Assembly: GCA_035300145.1 (NCBI GenBank)
Contig: DATGVQ010000242.1
Span: 1-59,443, forward strand
Direction: 5' to 3'
Length of the DNA: 59,443 bases
Source: Acidiferrobacterales bacterium
Lineage (GTDB): Bacteria; Pseudomonadota; Gammaproteobacteria; Acidiferrobacterales; DATGVQ01
The notes beneath the pieces are model-generated. The model ran no database searches, had not been told where the DNA came from, and saw nothing but the letters and a program-made list of their open reading frames with translations. Positions 19,899-33,147 of the stretch are shown in pieces. Positions within the stretch are counted from its first letter, which is position 1. Each line of letters starts with the position of its first letter. The position numbers and the translations under genes were made by a program.

Positions 19899-19937
19899 GC
19901 AATTTTGCTCCTTGCCCATCAGGTAACTACTAGACTG

Positions 19938-22900
19938 CTAACCCAGCCAGTGACGCGCATTCCGAAATATTCGCAGCCACGCCCCGTCCTCATTCCAGGC
20001 TGGGGGACGCCAGGAATTGGCGGCGGCGCGGAACACCCGCTCAGGATGTGGCATAAAAACAGTGAACCGGCCATCAGGCGTAGTGAGGCCGGCTATGCCT
20101 TGCGGCGAACCATTAGGGTTATAGGGGTAAGCCACGGTCGGCGTACCGCGATTATCGACAAAACGCAACGCCATCAATTGTGCTTTAATGACTTGAGATA
20201 AGTGCTCATTATCGCGGAACTCGGCGCGGCCCTCGCCATGTGCGCAAGCGATGGGTAAACGCGAACCGGCCATGCCGGCAAGAAACAGAGACGGGTTTGG
20301 CGGAATTTCGACCAGGCAAGTACGCGCCTCAAACTGTTCGGAAAGATTGCGCACAAACCGCGGCCAGAGCTCGGCGCCGGGAATGAGTTCGTGCAAGCTC
20401 GACATCATTTGACATCCATTACATATACCAAGCGCGAACGTATCATTGCGCGTGAAGAAGCGGGCGAATTCGTCCCGCATCCGGGTATTAAACAAAATGG
20501 ATTTCGCCCACCCCTCGCCCGCGCCTAACACATCGCCAAAGGAAAAACCGCCGCAAGCGGCAAAACCGCGAAAATCTTTAAGCGAGACCCGGCCTTCGAC
20601 CAAATCGCTCATCATGACATCTTGTGCGGTAAACCCGGCGCGATCGAACGCCGCCGCCATCTCCATTTGGCCGTTTACCCCTTGCTCGCGCAGTATGGCG
20701 ATGCGCGGCTGTGCCGAGGCGGCGATATAAGGCGCGGCGACATCCTGCGCGGGATCGAAGGTTAATTGTGCATTTAAACCGGGTTCGGCGCTGTCGAGAA
20801 TACGATCATATTCTTCTTGCGCGCACTGTGGATTGTCGCGCAGGGTTTGCAGGCGCCAGGTGGTCTCCGACCAGACGCGCTGAAAATTTACCCGGGTGTC
20901 ACGCAGCAGTGCCCGGCCGCGGCGCGAGAAAGTAATATGATCGTCGTCGCTTAAGGTGCCGATCAGCCGGGTGTAGCGCATCAGGCCGCTTTTTTTCAGC
21001 GCACCAAAGATACCGCCGCGTTTAGCGCGCGGGATTTGCAGCACCGCCCCCAGTTCTTCGGAAAATAATGCGGCGACCGGGTCGCCGTTCAAGTCATTGA
21101 GATCGATGTGCACGCCGGTGTGGCCGGCGAATGCCATTTCACAAACGGCGGCGAACAAACCGCCGTCGGAACGATCATGATAGGCTAATATTAAACCAAG
21201 CTCGTTCAATACCTGGACCATGCCAAAAAACAACTTCATCACGCGCGGATCGTCCAGATCCGGTGCGGTATTACCGACCTGCTTATAGACTTGCGCCAAC
21301 GCCGAGCCCCCGAGGCGATCTTTACCCCGCCCGAAATCAATTAAGAGTAAATCGGTTTCACCACAATCGGTGCGCAACTGCGGGGTTAACGTCTTACGCA
21401 CATCCATAACCGGTGCGAATGCGGAAACAATCAGCGAGAGGGGTGCGGCCACTGCATGCGCATTATCGTCCGCATCCTTCCACACGGTTTTCATCGAAAG
21501 GGAATCTTTGCCAACCGGTATCGCGACGCCGAGCACCGGACATAAATCCTCCGCCACCGCTTTTACCGTATCGTATAACGCCGCGTCCTCACCGGCATGG
21601 CCTGCCGCGGCCATCCAGTTCGCCGATAACTTCACATCGGGCAACTTTTGGATGCGCGCGGCGGCGATATTAGTCAGCGCTTCAGCGATACTCATGCGGC
21701 CGCTCGCCGCCGGATTAATCAGCGCGATAGGAGAGCGCTCGCCTAAGGCCATGGCCTCGCCTTGAAACGTTTTATAACCGGCTGCGGTCACGCCGACATC
21801 CGCCACCGGCACTTGCCAAGGGCCCACCATCTGATCGCGGCATACCAAGCCGGTTACACTGCGGTCGCCGATCGTGACTAAAAAGGTTTTGTCGGCGACC
21901 GTGGGCAGGCGCAAAACCCGGTTGGCGGCCTCGCTAAGATTGATCTTTCTCGTACTGAAACGCGGCGCTTTGCGTTTGATGCGCTTTGCTTCGCGTACCA
22001 TCTTCGGTGGTTTACCGAATAATACCGCGAGTTCTATATCAACCGGTTTGCGTAACTGTGGATTTACCGTTTCCGCGGCGCGCATCTGGGAATAATCATC
22101 TTCCAACACCAGCCGCCGCTCGGCGGTGGTCTTGCCGATCACCGCCGCCGGACAGCGCTCACGTTTACACAACGCAAGAAAGCCATCCAGCCGTGCGCTA
22201 TCTACCGCCAAGACATAACGCTCCTGCGCCTCGTTACACCAGATCTGCATCGGTGACATACCGGGCTGATCATTCGGTATTGCGCGCAATTGAAAATCTC
22301 CACCCAGACTCGCGTTGTCGATTAACTCCGGCACGGCGTTGGACAGGCCGCCCGCGCCGACGTCGTGGATGGATAGAATCGGGTTGGCATCAGTCATCGC
22401 CCAGCACTGATCGATGACCTCCTGGCAGCGGCGTTGCATTTCCGCATTGCCGCGCTGCACCGAGGCATAATCGAGCTCTTCCACGCTGCTGCCGCTCGTC
22501 ATACTTGAGGCGGCGCCGCCGCCTAGGCCGATCAGCATCGCCGGCCCGCCTAGAACAATAATGGACGCACCCACCGGCACCGCCGCTTTGCGCGCATGCT
22601 GCAAACGGATATTGCCGAGCCCGCCTGCGAGCATGATCGGCTTAGGGTAGCCGCGCACCTGGTTATCAACGGTCCCCTCAAATGTGCGAAAATAGCCGGT
22701 GATATTGGGACGCCCGAATTCATTATTAAACGACGCCGCCCCGACCGGCGCTTCCAGCATAATCTCCAAGGCGCTCGCGATATGCGCGGGTTTGCCATAA
22801 TCTGTTTCCCATGGTTGCTCCGCGTCCGGCAGGCGCAGATTGGAAACGGAAAAGCCGGTAAGGCCGGCCTTGGGCTTGGCGCCGCGCCCGGTCGCACCTT

Positions 22901-23915
22901 CGTCGCGGATCTCGCCGCCGGAACCGGTCGCCGCGCCCGGATAAGGCGAGATAGCAGTCGGATGATTGTGCGTCTCCACCTTCATCATGATGGCGGTAGG
23001 ATCCGGATGATAAATGAAAGTCCGGGTCTGCGGATCAGGGAAAAATCGTTCCAGGGTGAACCCTTCAATAACCGAGGCATTATCCTGATAAGCCACGATG
23101 GTGCCGCGCGGGCTGCGCGCATGCGTTTCGCGAATCATCGCGAAGAGGGAATGCGGCTGGCGCTTGCCATCGATAATCCAATCGGCATTGAAAATCTTGT
23201 GACGACAGTGTTCGGAATTCGCCTGCGCGAACATCATCAATTCCACGTCGGTGGGGTTACGCCGCGCGCGGGTGAAATTTTCCAGCAGATAATCGATCTC
23301 GTCAGGCGATAACGCGAGCCCCATCTTGAGATTGGCCGCATACAGCGCTTCTCGCCCCCGCGCCAGCACGTCAATCACGGTTACCGGTGCAGGCTGCGCC
23401 TGTTGGAATAATAGACCCGCCTGGGTCAAATCCGGCAACACGCTTTCGGTCATGCGGTCATGCAGCAGCGGCAGCAGCTGTGCGCGTTGCGCGGGGATTA
23501 AACCCACATCGTCATTGCATCGGATATACCAAACGATACCGCGCTCCAAACGTTTAATTTTGGCAAGGCCGCATTGATGCGCGATGTCGGTAGCCTTGGT
23601 CGACCAAGGCGAGATCGTACCCAACCGCGGAACCACGACGATGGTTACGCCCTTGCTCGTATCCCCGGTTTGCCGTGGCCCGTACAGAGTCAAGCGTTGC
23701 AATACCATGTCCTCTTGCACTGTCAGCTCGCCCATGACTTCGGCGAAATGCCAATATTGCGCATCGATGCTATTGATTCCCGGCACGATGTTACGCAGCT
23801 TCTGCAACAGGCGCTCGCGCCGAAACGGCGCCAAGGCGTAGGCGCCGCTCAAGGATATGATCGATATGCCGGTCACCTGTGCAAGCGGCTTCAAGTCGGG
23901 TTTTTTGCTAGGCAT
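19938..23915 (-). CDS. purL: Phosphoribosylformylglycinamidine synthase (large type)
   Basis: [41 protein letters not shown]. Confidence 0.97.
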   Translation of the reverse strand: MPSKKPDLKPLAQVTGISIISLSGAYALAPFRRERLLQKLRNIVPGINSIDAQYWHFAEVMGELTVQEDMVLQRLTLYGPRQTGDTSKGVTIVVVPRLGTISPWSTKATDIAHQCGLAKIKRLERGIVWYIRCNDDVGLIPAQRAQLLPLLHDRMTESVLPDLTQAGLLFQQAQPAPVTVIDVLARGREALYAANLKMGLALSPDEIDYLLENFTRARRNPTDVELMMFAQANSEHCRHKIFNADWIIDGKRQPHSLFAMIRETHARSPRGTIVAYQDNASVIEGFTLERFFPDPQTRTFIYHPDPTAIMMKVETHNHPTAISPYPGAATGSGGEIRDEGATGRGAKPKAGLTGFSVSNLRLPDAEQPWETDYGKPAHIASALEIMLEAPVGAASFNNEFGRPNITGYFRTFEGTVDNQVRGYPKPIMLAGGLGNIRLQHARKAAVPVGASIIVLGGPAMLIGLGGGAASSMTSGSSVEELDYASVQRGNAEMQRRCQEVIDQCWAMTDANPILSIHDVGAGGLSNAVPELIDNASLGGDFQLRAIPNDQPGMSPMQIWCNEAQERYVLAVDSARLDGFLALCKRERCPAAVIGKTTAERRLVLEDDYSQMRAAETVNPQLRKPVDIELAVLFGKPPKMVREAKRIKRKAPRFSTRKINLSEAANRVLRLPTVADKTFLVTIGDRSVTGLVCRDQMVGPWQVPVADVGVTAAGYKTFQGEAMALGERSPIALINPAASGRMSIAEALTNIAAARIQKLPDVKLSANWMAAAGHAGEDAALYDTVKAVAEDLCPVLGVAIPVGKDSLSMKTVWKDADDNAHAVAAPLSLIVSAFAPVMDVRKTLTPQLRTDCGETDLLLIDFGRGKDRLGGSALAQVYKQVGNTAPDLDDPRVMKLFFGMVQVLNELGLILAYHDRSDGGLFAAVCEMAFAGHTGVHIDLNDLNGDPVAALFSEELGAVLQIPRAKRGGIFGALKKSGLMRYTRLIGTLSDDDHITFSRRGRALLRDTRVNFQRVWSETTWRLQTLRDNPQCAQEEYDRILDSAEPGLNAQLTFDPAQDVAAPYIAASAQPRIAILREQGVNGQMEMAAAFDRAGFTAQDVMMSDLVEGRVSLKDFRGFAACGGFSFGDVLGAGEGWAKSILFNTRMRDEFARFFTRNDTFALGICNGCQMMSSLHELIPGAELWPRFVRNLSEQFEARTCLVEIPPNPSLFLAGMAGSRLPIACAHGEGRAEFRDNEHLSQVIKAQLMALRFVDNRGTPTVAYPYNPNGSPQGIAGLTTPDGRFTVFMPHPERVFRAAANSWRPPAWNEDGAWLRIFRNARHWLG

Positions 23916-23918
23916 GGG

Positions 23919-24632
23919 TTATCCTAAATCCATTCCCAACCGCTGTGCGACTTCTTCGTAGGCTTCGACTACGCCGCCAAGACTGCGACGGAAGCGATCC
24001 TTATCAAATTTTTTGCGTGTGTCTTTATCCCACAGGCGGCAACCATCGGGGCTGAATTCGTCCCCCAATACCAATTTGTCGCGGTAATGCCCGAATTCCA
24101 GTTTAAAATCGACCAATAGCACATCGGCGTCGAGAAAGAGTTTTTTTAGCACTTCGTTGACCTGAAAGGTCAGTTCTCGCATGCGCTGCACATCTTCCGG
24201 CTGCGCCCAGCCGAAGGCGCGGATGTGGTACTCATTAATCATCGGATCATGCAGGCGGTCATTCTTCATAAAAAACTCGAATATCGGCTCCTTAAGCTCA
24301 AGGCCTTCTTCCACGCCTAAACGCTTGCTAATACTGCCGGCGGCGATATTGCGCAGCACACACTCAATCGGAATCATCTTCAGCCGCTTTACCAGCGATT
24401 CATCATCGGACAGCATCCGCTCAAAGTGGGTAGGTACGCCTGCCGCTTCCAACTTGCGCATAATGAAAGCGTTGAATTTATTATTCACCATGCCTTTACG
24501 CGCTAACTGTTCCACTTTTTCGCCGTCAAAGGCGGAGGTATCGTTGCGAAAATGCAAAATAAGTTTATCGGCATCATCGGTTAGATAAACCGATTTGGCC
24601 TTACCGGAATAAAGCAATTGCCCGCGTTTCAT
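23919..24632 (-). CDS. purC: SAICAR synthase
   Basis: [32 protein letters not shown]. Confidence 0.97.
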   Translation of the reverse strand: MKRGQLLYSGKAKSVYLTDDADKLILHFRNDTSAFDGEKVEQLARKGMVNNKFNAFIMRKLEAAGVPTHFERMLSDDESLVKRLKMIPIECVLRNIAAGSISKRLGVEEGLELKEPIFEFFMKNDRLHDPMINEYHIRAFGWAQPEDVQRMRELTFQVNEVLKKLFLDADVLLVDFKLEFGHYRDKLVLGDEFSPDGCRLWDKDTRKKFDKDRFRRSLGGVVEAYEEVAQRLGMDLG

Positions 24633-24642
24633 GTCACCCTCT

Positions 24643-25419
24643 CTAATGTGTAAGTTCGCGCCAACCGAGGCCCTGATCTTGATCGGCTATCTGTACCCAC
24701 GGCATCGCGCATCTCAGCGCTCCGCTTAAGGCTGCGCGCGCCAAATAGGGGGTGTTGTTTTTCTCGCTTAAATGCGCCGCGACTAAATGCTGCAAGCGCG
24801 AGTTGTCCAATTTCGCAAGAATGGCGGCGGCGGCGGCATTATCCAAATGCCCGAAGCGCCCGGCGATGCGTTCTTTTAAGGAAGGCGGATAGTGACTGGC
24901 AAACAACATATCCCGGTCATGGTTGCACTCTAATAGTAAAGCATGGCAACCGCTCAGACAGGTCTCGATATGCGCCGTGCTGCTACCGGCATCGGTCAAT
25001 ACGCCTAAGCAACGATCGCCGTCGGAAAAAACAAACTGACTCGGTTCACGCGCGTCATGCGGGACCGGGAAGGGCTTAACCTGGATAGCGCCGATCTCAA
25101 AGGTCTCGTAACTGCTGAATAAACGCACCTCAGGCAAAGCGCCGATGTCGCTATTCACCGCGATCATTTGCCACGTGCCGGGCGTCATCCAGATTGGAAG
25201 CTTAAATTTTCTCGCCACTGTCCCTATCCCATCGACGTGGTCGGCGTGTTCGTGGGTAACCACAATTGCGGCCAGGCTGTCGCCTTCCAAACCAAGCCTG
25301 GCCAAACGGTAAACCGTTTCCTTTAATGAAAAGCCGCAATCCAGCATCAGACAAGTGCCGGCGTGAGCGATAAGGGTGGCATTGCCGCGGCTGCCGCTGC
25401 CGAGCGAGGCAAACCGCAT
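24643..25419 (-). CDS. MBL-fold metallo-hydrolase (YycJ-like)
   Basis: [26 protein letters not shown]; usual position between bamC and purC. Confidence 0.88.
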   Translation of the reverse strand: MRFASLGSGSRGNATLIAHAGTCLMLDCGFSLKETVYRLARLGLEGDSLAAIVVTHEHADHVDGIGTVARKFKLPIWMTPGTWQMIAVNSDIGALPEVRLFSSYETFEIGAIQVKPFPVPHDAREPSQFVFSDGDRCLGVLTDAGSSTAHIETCLSGCHALLLECNHDRDMLFASHYPPSLKERIAGRFGHLDNAAAAAILAKLDNSRLQHLVAAHLSEKNNTPYLARAALSGALRCAMPWVQIADQDQGLGWRELTH

Positions 25420-25473
25420 AACGCCCTTTTTAACGGGCACTATCGGATTCTCGCGCAACTTCCACTTCTTACC

Positions 25474-26574
25474 TTATTTTAGCTGTTCATACAGCAAGCT
25501 CAGAATTTGCTCGCTGGTATTGGTTTTTCCACCCGCCGCGCCGGGTGCCGCCTCTGCCCCATCCTTAGCCAGCACGCGCACTTCGGTCATGGAGGGGACG
25601 CCGCGTAGGACAATTTGGTAGCGCGCGCTGTCTTGTTGTGCCTCGGGTTTTTTATTGTTACCGGACTTACCCGGTTCATTCTTGCCGTCATCATTCAAAT
25701 TATAACGTACATTGTAAAGGCGCTTATCATGATCCCGCTCTTCCACCGGCAAACCTACATGATCCAAAGCCAGGCCTACCCGCCGCCAAGCGCGCTCTAA
25801 ATCGTCGTAGACAATGAGAACCGGATCATTTTGGTTATCGCGATTAAGCTTGGCCCGTTCTGCCGAAGCCGGGCCATTAAGTAAACTTTTAGCCTGTTTA
25901 TTGTCCACGCCCAGATGCACCATGAGCAAATGCAGCATCTCCGCCTCTAATTCCGCATCAGGCGGGCGCGGCTGCCATAATGTCTCGATAGGGCCGTTGC
26001 CGCTCCCCTGCACAATTTCCACCATGCCGCGATGGCTTAAATAGATCTCGGTGGTACCGGCAGCTTCACCCCGCTCCAAGCGCACCCGGAATTTGTCGCG
26101 GGTACCGGTAGAAAAAAAGCTTTTATGGGCATGATTTTCCGCCCACTCGGTTTCGATAATCCCGGCTTCCGCATTCTCCTTCGCGATGGATAAACCATTG
26201 TTGATAAAAAATTCGCGTATCGCCGGCCAAACCTGTTCCGGCTCGCCTTTGACCACCAGCCAGCGTTGGGCGCCGGCGCGCGCGACCTTAATATTCTGTT
26301 GCGGCGGCAATACCGAAGTTTGATTTATACGCGGATCTTTCATTTGCGCGGAATAGCCGGAGTAGGTGGCGCTGCCGGAAGGGGTCAGCGTGGGCGCGGT
26401 CATTTGCTCATCGACCGGCGGTTTAACCAGGTCCGGTGGCACCTCCAAAGGCGGTAAAGTGACAGTGCCGTAATCGATCTTTTTATCTTGCTCTACCGAA
26501 CCAGCGCAAGCACCAAGCAATGCGGCGCTCAATAAACCCGCGGCTAAACTGGTAAATTGGCGCATGGCGCTCAT
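25474..26574 (-). CDS. bamC: Outer-membrane assembly lipoprotein BamC/NlpB
   Basis: Lipobox LGAC, LEVPPDL, ETEWAE, RDKFRVRLE; ATGA overlap with the dapA stop. Confidence 0.85.
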   Translation of the reverse strand: MSAMRQFTSLAAGLLSAALLGACAGSVEQDKKIDYGTVTLPPLEVPPDLVKPPVDEQMTAPTLTPSGSATYSGYSAQMKDPRINQTSVLPPQQNIKVARAGAQRWLVVKGEPEQVWPAIREFFINNGLSIAKENAEAGIIETEWAENHAHKSFFSTGTRDKFRVRLERGEAAGTTEIYLSHRGMVEIVQGSGNGPIETLWQPRPPDAELEAEMLHLLMVHLGVDNKQAKSLLNGPASAERAKLNRDNQNDPVLIVYDDLERAWRRVGLALDHVGLPVEERDHDKRLYNVRYNLNDDGKNEPGKSGNNKKPEAQQDSARYQIVLRGVPSMTEVRVLAKDGAEAAPGAAGGKTNTSEQILSLLYEQLK

Positions 26575-27446
26575 AGGACTCCCGCGGTCAGCATGGCTTC
26601 GCGTACCGCAGCATGGCAGGACGCCGACAGCGGGGTCAACGGCAGGCGTATACCGCCTTCGATCAAACCCATCTGCTGTAACGCCCACTTTGTAGGGATA
26701 GGATTGGATTCGATAAACAGATCTCTATGAAGCGGCATGAGACGATCGTTAATCCTGCGCGCGGTAACCTCGTCGCCCTTGGCCACCGCGTCACACATTT
26801 CTCGCATCAGCCGCGGCGCTACATTGGCGGTCACGGAAATCACTCCATGCGCCCCCAGCAGCATAAGGTCAAAGCCGGTGGCATCATCGCCGGAATAAAG
26901 CTCGAAACCACTCCTGCAGCTTTGCAGCACTTCCTTGCCACGCGGCAAATTGCCGGTCGCATCCTTAAGGCCGACGATGTTGGGGATGGAAGACAGCCGC
27001 GCCACCGTAGTGGACAAAATATCGCAGGCGGTGCGCCCGGGCACATTATAAAGGATTTGCGGAATAGCTACCGCCTCGGCAATCGCCTTATAGTGCCGGT
27101 ATAACCCCTCTTGCGTCGGCTTATTATAGTAGGGGGTAACCAACAAACAAGCATTGGCGCCGGCCTTTTGCGCGCAACCCGTCAACTCAATCGCTTCGGT
27201 GGTGGAATTAGCGCCGGTACCCGCGATAACCGGGACCCGCCCGCGCACGTGTTCCACCGTCAAACGGATCACCTCACAATGCTCTTCCAAATCCAACGTC
27301 GGCGATTCTCCGGTGGTGGCCACCGATATTATCGCGCGGGTACCGTTTTCAATATGGAAATCAATGAGCTTGCGCAGAGCCGCTATATCCAAGGCCCCGT
27401 CTTCATGCATCGGGGTCACTAACGCAACCATACTACCGTGAAACAT
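26571..27446 (-). CDS. dapA: 4-hydroxy-tetrahydrodipicolinate synthase
   Basis: TTGES, PYYNKP, YNVPGRT, GLKDATG, SGDD, ESNPIP. Confidence 0.96.
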   Translation of the reverse strand: MFHGSMVALVTPMHEDGALDIAALRKLIDFHIENGTRAIISVATTGESPTLDLEEHCEVIRLTVEHVRGRVPVIAGTGANSTTEAIELTGCAQKAGANACLLVTPYYNKPTQEGLYRHYKAIAEAVAIPQILYNVPGRTACDILSTTVARLSSIPNIVGLKDATGNLPRGKEVLQSCRSGFELYSGDDATGFDLMLLGAHGVISVTANVAPRLMREMCDAVAKGDEVTARRINDRLMPLHRDLFIESNPIPTKWALQQMGLIEGGIRLPLTPLSASCHAAVREAMLTAGVL

Positions 27447-27629
27447 ATACGCTACCAAAGGTGAGGACAAAACGGATAGTACTTTTCTCCTCCGTTGCTG
27501 ACAAGGTCGTAGCTCAAATTTTTACCTTCTCACGTCGGATGCTGATTAAGGCGCAAGCACAGGGCCCTACCTCCCCATCGCCTTCTGCATGCCGATACGG
27601 CAACAAAACCGGAGACTGACCCATCGCCG

Positions 27630-27872
27630 GGCGATGAACTGACTGCCCTGCTCTTGGAGCGGATTCCGGGGACGGTGATAATGCCTATCTCGCCGGCCCC
27701 CCGCCGATTTCTCCAACTGTTATGAACCTTCCTGGGGACGCCATAAAGTGCGCACCACGGCCAGCCATACCTGACGCCCGAGGCCGCCGGCTATTTCGCC
27801 TATTTCGGCGACCAGACGGACCGATAGGCCTGGGCTCACCGCTATGATCTTGGGGGGCTGGCGCTCAACAGC
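27630..27872 (+). pseudogene. Decayed calcineurin-like metallophosphoesterase fragment
   Basis: Across frameshifts and stops: GDELTALLLERIPGTV / GDNAYLAG..DFSNCYEPSWGRHKVRT / YLTPEAAGYFAYFG / YDLGG..ALNS. Confidence 0.65.
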
Positions 27873-28009
27873 ATGCCGGGATACATTCGGGACACGACGC
27901 CTGTCATTGAGCACGGAAACGGCAATATGTCGCAAGTGACGCACGCAGACACACTATCAATGATTTACGGCGCGGTATAATTCCTGCCGCCGCCGGGGAT
28001 AAAAAGGCG

Positions 28010-30373
28010 TTAACCGTTCATGACCTTCTGCACCACGTTTTTCAATTCTTCATTTTCATAAGGTTTGGCCACCGCCTCGCGGAAACCGTATTTGCGGTAA
28101 TCCGCCATAATCGGATCGTTTGAGTAGCCGCTGGATGCAATCACGCGCGCCTGCGGATCGATTTCCAGCAGTTTTTGGATAGTTTCACGCCCACCCATGC
28201 CACCCGGCACCACCAAATCCATAATAACCACATCGAACGGCTCCCGCTTCTCCTGGGCTTTCTTATACAAGGCAAGCGCTTCGGCGCCATCATGCGCGAA
28301 TTCGACTTGATAGCCGAAATGGGAAAACAAGCGGCCAAGCAGATCGCGAATAAAGGCCTCATCATCCATCACCAGGATCTTGCCATGCCCGCTGGAAGAA
28401 GGTTTGGGTATCGGTAAGGGCTTGGCAACAGGCTTATTGGAAGCGGGCAGGTAAATCTCAAACTTGGCGCCCACCCCAACTTCGGAATCGACCGTAATCA
28501 AACCGTCGTGTTTTTTAATAATGGAGTAAGTAGTGGCCAAACCAAGGCCGCTGCCTTTCGGCTTGGTAGTAAAATAGGGGTCGAATATGCGCGACAAATT
28601 CTCCGGCGGAATCCCGATACCGTTGTCTTCGCAGCTAATTTTCACATAGTTGCCGGCCGGCAGCGGCAGCTTGCGTTGCTCCGGGCGTACCGCGATATTC
28701 TGCGCGCTCATTTTTACTTTGCCGCCCTTGGGCATCGCTTGCTGCGCATTAATGATCAGATTATGGACCACTTGGCGCATTTGGCCCTCGTCAACCTCAA
28801 CCGTCCAAAGCTCCGCCGGCAGAGAAAATTCGCAACTTACATGCGAACCGCTGCAGGCGAATTGCGCGACATCACGGATAAGGCCGGCGACCGCGGCGGG
28901 TTTTTTCATCGGCGCGCCGCCCTTGGCAAAAGTAAGGAGCTGATGGGTCAGGTCTCTCGCCCAGAGCGTGGCTTTCTCGGCCTCGACTAAACGCTCGAAA
29001 CTCGTTTCCTGGGGTTGGGTATAAATTTTGGCGAGCGAAATATTACCCAAAATAGCGGTGAGAATATTGTTAAAATCGTGCGCGATCGCGCCGGCCAGCA
29101 AACCGATAGACTCCAACTTGCTCGCCTTTAGCCGCTCCTCTTCCAATTTTTGTTTATCGGTAACATCGCCGAAAACCAACACCACACCTAACATTTGATT
29201 ATCGGCGTTGCGAATAGGCGCACTGGTGGCTGTAATTATCCGTTCACCGCCGTCTTTGGCGATTAAGACGAAGGATTTATCCATTTCAACGGTTTCTCCG
29301 GTTTGCAGCGTGCGCTCCGCTGGATTTTCGCAGGGCTCATGCGTTCTCTCGTGCCGGATCTGGAATACGCCCGTTAACGGGTTGCCCGTCGCCTGCTTCT
29401 GGGTCCATCCGGTCATCAGCTCAGCGGCTTTATTAAGCAGCAACACCCTGCCTTCAGTATCCGTCGTAATCACCCCGTCGCTGATAGAACGCAGCGTAAC
29501 CACCAGCCTCTCTTTCTCGCTTGCCAGCGCCTGTTCGATGCGCTTTTGATCATCAATGTCGGTGGCCGTACCCAGCCAGGCGATAATATGGCTGTCATCG
29601 CCTCTCTCGGGCAGAACCTCAATAAGATGCCAGCGATAAGCCCCGTGTTTGCTTCTTAAGCGCGCTTCGATGGTTAAATTCTCCCTGGTGCGCATGGCCT
29701 CCTGCCAACGATTCAGGCTTGGCGCTACATCGTCGGCATGTAATATCCGCTCCCACGCTCCGCCGTGGCTTTGTTCGTGCGTCAACCCGGTATAATCAAA
29801 CCAGCGCTGGTTAAAATATTCGATCGGCTCAGCCGAACTTACCCTCCATACCATCTGCGGGATCGCGTCAGCGAGATTGCGATAGCGGCGCTCGCTCTTT
29901 TGTTTTAATTCAGCAAGCTTTCTTTCCCGCTCCCTTTGCTCAATCTGGCGCAGCAGTTCCGCCTGTAATTTAACCTGCCTGTTGACCTTGAATAGTTCCA
30001 CGAATACCGCGACCTTGGAAAGCAGAATCTCCGGCTCAAGCGGCTTGAATATGTAGTCAACTGCGCCGATGGAATAACCTTTATAGACATAGCGTTCGTC
30101 TTTGCTGATAGCGGTAATGAAAATGATTGGAATATGGTGCGACTTTTTTCGTTTGCGAATCAGGGCCGCAGTCTCAAACCCGTCCAGACCCGGCATTTGC
30201 ACATCAAGCAAGATCACGGCAAAATCATTTACCAACAAATGTTTTAACGCCTGCGAACCTGAATAGGCACGGACCAGATTGTAATCCGGGGCGTCAAGAA
30301 TGGCTTCCAATGCCAGTAAATTTTCCAGCCGGTCATCCACCAGTAAAATATTGACCTTGTCCTTTTCTTCCAT
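28010..30373 (-). CDS. Hybrid sensor kinase REC-PAS-PAS-HisKA-HATPase-REC
   Basis: N-terminal ILLVDD..DVQMP; two PAS/PAC domains; AHDFNN H-box; DNGIG, FTTK, GSGLGL; C-terminal receiver. Confidence 0.92.
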   Translation of the reverse strand: MEEKDKVNILLVDDRLENLLALEAILDAPDYNLVRAYSGSQALKHLLVNDFAVILLDVQMPGLDGFETAALIRKRKKSHHIPIIFITAISKDERYVYKGYSIGAVDYIFKPLEPEILLSKVAVFVELFKVNRQVKLQAELLRQIEQRERERKLAELKQKSERRYRNLADAIPQMVWRVSSAEPIEYFNQRWFDYTGLTHEQSHGGAWERILHADDVAPSLNRWQEAMRTRENLTIEARLRSKHGAYRWHLIEVLPERGDDSHIIAWLGTATDIDDQKRIEQALASEKERLVVTLRSISDGVITTDTEGRVLLLNKAAELMTGWTQKQATGNPLTGVFQIRHERTHEPCENPAERTLQTGETVEMDKSFVLIAKDGGERIITATSAPIRNADNQMLGVVLVFGDVTDKQKLEEERLKASKLESIGLLAGAIAHDFNNILTAILGNISLAKIYTQPQETSFERLVEAEKATLWARDLTHQLLTFAKGGAPMKKPAAVAGLIRDVAQFACSGSHVSCEFSLPAELWTVEVDEGQMRQVVHNLIINAQQAMPKGGKVKMSAQNIAVRPEQRKLPLPAGNYVKISCEDNGIGIPPENLSRIFDPYFTTKPKGSGLGLATTYSIIKKHDGLITVDSEVGVGAKFEIYLPASNKPVAKPLPIPKPSSSGHGKILVMDDEAFIRDLLGRLFSHFGYQVEFAHDGAEALALYKKAQEKREPFDVVIMDLVVPGGMGGRETIQKLLEIDPQARVIASSGYSNDPIMADYRKYGFREAVAKPYENEELKNVVQKVMNG

Positions 30374-30432
30374 GTGATATCCTTTAAGAGTTCCAAAATA
30401 AACATCCTTGTCCGATCTGCGATATTGATTCA

Positions 30433-33147
30433 CTAATGCACCTGCGTTTTATGCAGCCACACCTTAACTAAAGACAGTAACTTATCCGTCTCGACCGGCT
30501 TGATAATGTAGTCCGAAGCGCCGGCTTCCAGACATTTATCGCGGTCCCCCTTCATCGCCTTGGCGGTCAAGGCGATGATGGGTAATTGACTGTATTTTGG
30601 GAACGCGCGGATCGCCCTCGCCGTTTCGTATCCATCCATTTCCGGCATCATGATATCCATTAAAACTAAATCGATATCGGGGGTCTGTTTCAGGGTATCG
30701 ATGGCATCCTTACCATTCTCGGCAAACACCACACGCAGCTTTTGATTCTCGAGCATACCGGTGATGGCGAAGATATTGCGTACGTCATCATCCACCACCA
30801 GGATTTTTTCGCCGTTAAACTCTGTCTTTATGTCCGTCGCTTCTTCTATTACGGACGGATTTTGTTCCCCGGTGCCATCATGCTTCGGTTCCGCTTCCGC
30901 ACCTATGTAGGTCTCCGGCATAAAGAGCACAAAGGCGCTGCCTTTGCCGGGAGTGCTTTGCAGATGGATCTCGCCTCCCAACAGGCGGGCGATTTCGCGG
31001 CTGATGGTGAGTCCCAAACCGGTGCCGCCGTACTTGCGGCTGGTGGTTGCATCCACCTGCTGGAAGGCTTCAAAAATTAATCTTTGTTTGTTTTCCGCTA
31101 TACCAATGCCGGTATCGCTGACAACAAAGGCCAACACCTTGCCTGCCTGCTTCAACGTTTCGTTATTGAACCTTTGGTCCTGTTCCACCAACTTGACGGT
31201 GATGCCGATCTGGCCCTCTTCAGTAAACTTGAAAGCATTGGACAGGAGATTTTTCAATATCTGCTGCAACCGCTGGCCGTCGGTGTACAGGGTGGTCGGC
31301 ACCGCCGGGGTCAGATCAATGGTAAAAGCGATATTTTTCTGCTGCGCGACCGGACGGAAATCCCGTTCAACATAATCCAGTACTTGCGTCAAGGCGGTCT
31401 CCGCGGGCGCCACCGCCATTTTGCCGGCTTCGACCTTGGACAGATCGAGAATCTCGTTAATCAAGCTCAATAGGTCGCGTCCGGACCCCTGTATAGTATT
31501 GGCAAATTCAATTTGCTTAGGCGAAAGATTACCGTCTTTATTATCGGCCAGCAGCTTCGTCATGATCAGCAAGCTATTCAGCGGCGTGCGCAATTCGTGC
31601 GACATATTGGCCAAGAATTCGGATTTGTATTTGGAAATCAACGCCAACTGCTCGGCCTTCTCTTCCAACGACAAGCTGGCTAACTCCACTTCCTGATTCT
31701 TAATTTGCAACAATTTCGCTTTTTCCTCCAGCTCCTCGGCTTGTGCTTCCAATTCCGTGTTGGAATGTTGAAGCTCCTCCAGCAATTCTTCCGTGCGCAT
31801 GCTCGCGCCGATAATATTCAGCACTACACCGATGCTGACCATCAGTTGATCCAGAAAGATGCGGTGGATAGCGCTGAATTCATGAAACGAAGCTAATTCG
31901 ATTACCGCCAAAACACCGCCTTCGAACAATACCGGCAATACGATGATATTCACCGGCGCCGCCTGACCCAGACCGGAACTGATACGTATATAATTTTCCG
32001 GTACCTTAGTCAGTACGATAGGTTTCTTTTCCACCCCACACTGCCCGACCAATCCTTCGCCAAAATGGAAACGCGTCGGCATGCGCGTATGGGTATGATG
32101 ACCATAGCCGGCAATCAGCTCTAACACCTGCCGGTTGTGCTCTGCTTCGATTGTGAAAAATGCACCGTATTGAGCCGATACCAGCGGCGTCAATTCGGAC
32201 ATGATTAATTTCGACACCGCGGCTAAATTTTTCTGGCCCTGCATCATACCGGAGAAGCGCGCCAGATTAGTCTTCAGCCAATCCTGTTCCATGTTTTTAT
32301 GCGTGGTATCTTTCAGATTGGCGATCATCTGATTGATGTTATCTTTCAGCGCCAACACCTCGCCTTGCGCTTCCACGGTAATAAACCGGGTCAGGTCGCC
32401 CTTGGTTACAGCAGTGGAGACCTCAGCGATCGCACGCACCTGCGCCGTCAGATTGCCGGCTAATTGGTTCACGTTCTCGGTCAAGTCCTTCCAGGTGCCG
32501 GCCACCCCCGGCACTTGCGCCTGGCCCCCAAGCTTGCCTTCGATACCGACTTCTTTCGCCACCCGCGTGACTTCGGCCGCGAACGAGCGCAATTGATCGA
32601 CCATGGTATTTACCGTTTTGCCGATGCGCAGGAATTCGCCTTTTATTGATCTACCGGCGGTTTCCAGCGGTATCTTCTGCGACAAATCGCCGCGTGCGAC
32701 GGCGCTGATTACCCGCGCCACTTCCGTAATAGGCTGCATCAAATCACCGATGAGAGAATTATAAGATTCAATCACTTTAGTCCAAGCACCCTCGCTCGGA
32801 CCGAGTGACGCGCGCATCGTCATCTTGCCTTCCCTGCCTACAATTCTCCCCACCCTGACAAATTCTTTGGTCACGGCTTCATTGGTATGGACGAAATCAT
32901 TAAATACCTCGGCAATTTCCCGCATTACGCCATTGCCTTTCGACGGCAACCGCACGGAAAAATCGCCCTTCTTAACCGATTTAAGCGCTTCCAAAAGTTT
33001 TCTTAGATCTTCTAGGCCAGTGGGTTTTCCGGGTGACGGACCTTTAACGCCCGCGGGTCTTTTGGTCATCGAGCCATCTCTCAACGAATGATCGGTTTCT
33101 CTTGCAGCGAGTCGTTCTTTTCTGACTCTCACGGCACTAACTGACAT
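30433..33147 (-). CDS. Hybrid sensor kinase multi-HAMP-GAF-HisKA-HATPase-REC
   Basis: Tandem HAMP repeats ([19 protein letters not shown]); GAF; SHELRTPLN; GGTGLGL; DIMMP receiver. Confidence 0.92.
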   Translation of the reverse strand: MSVSAVRVRKERLAARETDHSLRDGSMTKRPAGVKGPSPGKPTGLEDLRKLLEALKSVKKGDFSVRLPSKGNGVMREIAEVFNDFVHTNEAVTKEFVRVGRIVGREGKMTMRASLGPSEGAWTKVIESYNSLIGDLMQPITEVARVISAVARGDLSQKIPLETAGRSIKGEFLRIGKTVNTMVDQLRSFAAEVTRVAKEVGIEGKLGGQAQVPGVAGTWKDLTENVNQLAGNLTAQVRAIAEVSTAVTKGDLTRFITVEAQGEVLALKDNINQMIANLKDTTHKNMEQDWLKTNLARFSGMMQGQKNLAAVSKLIMSELTPLVSAQYGAFFTIEAEHNRQVLELIAGYGHHTHTRMPTRFHFGEGLVGQCGVEKKPIVLTKVPENYIRISSGLGQAAPVNIIVLPVLFEGGVLAVIELASFHEFSAIHRIFLDQLMVSIGVVLNIIGASMRTEELLEELQHSNTELEAQAEELEEKAKLLQIKNQEVELASLSLEEKAEQLALISKYKSEFLANMSHELRTPLNSLLIMTKLLADNKDGNLSPKQIEFANTIQGSGRDLLSLINEILDLSKVEAGKMAVAPAETALTQVLDYVERDFRPVAQQKNIAFTIDLTPAVPTTLYTDGQRLQQILKNLLSNAFKFTEEGQIGITVKLVEQDQRFNNETLKQAGKVLAFVVSDTGIGIAENKQRLIFEAFQQVDATTSRKYGGTGLGLTISREIARLLGGEIHLQSTPGKGSAFVLFMPETYIGAEAEPKHDGTGEQNPSVIEEATDIKTEFNGEKILVVDDDVRNIFAITGMLENQKLRVVFAENGKDAIDTLKQTPDIDLVLMDIMMPEMDGYETARAIRAFPKYSQLPIIALTAKAMKGDRDKCLEAGASDYIIKPVETDKLLSLVKVWLHKTQVH

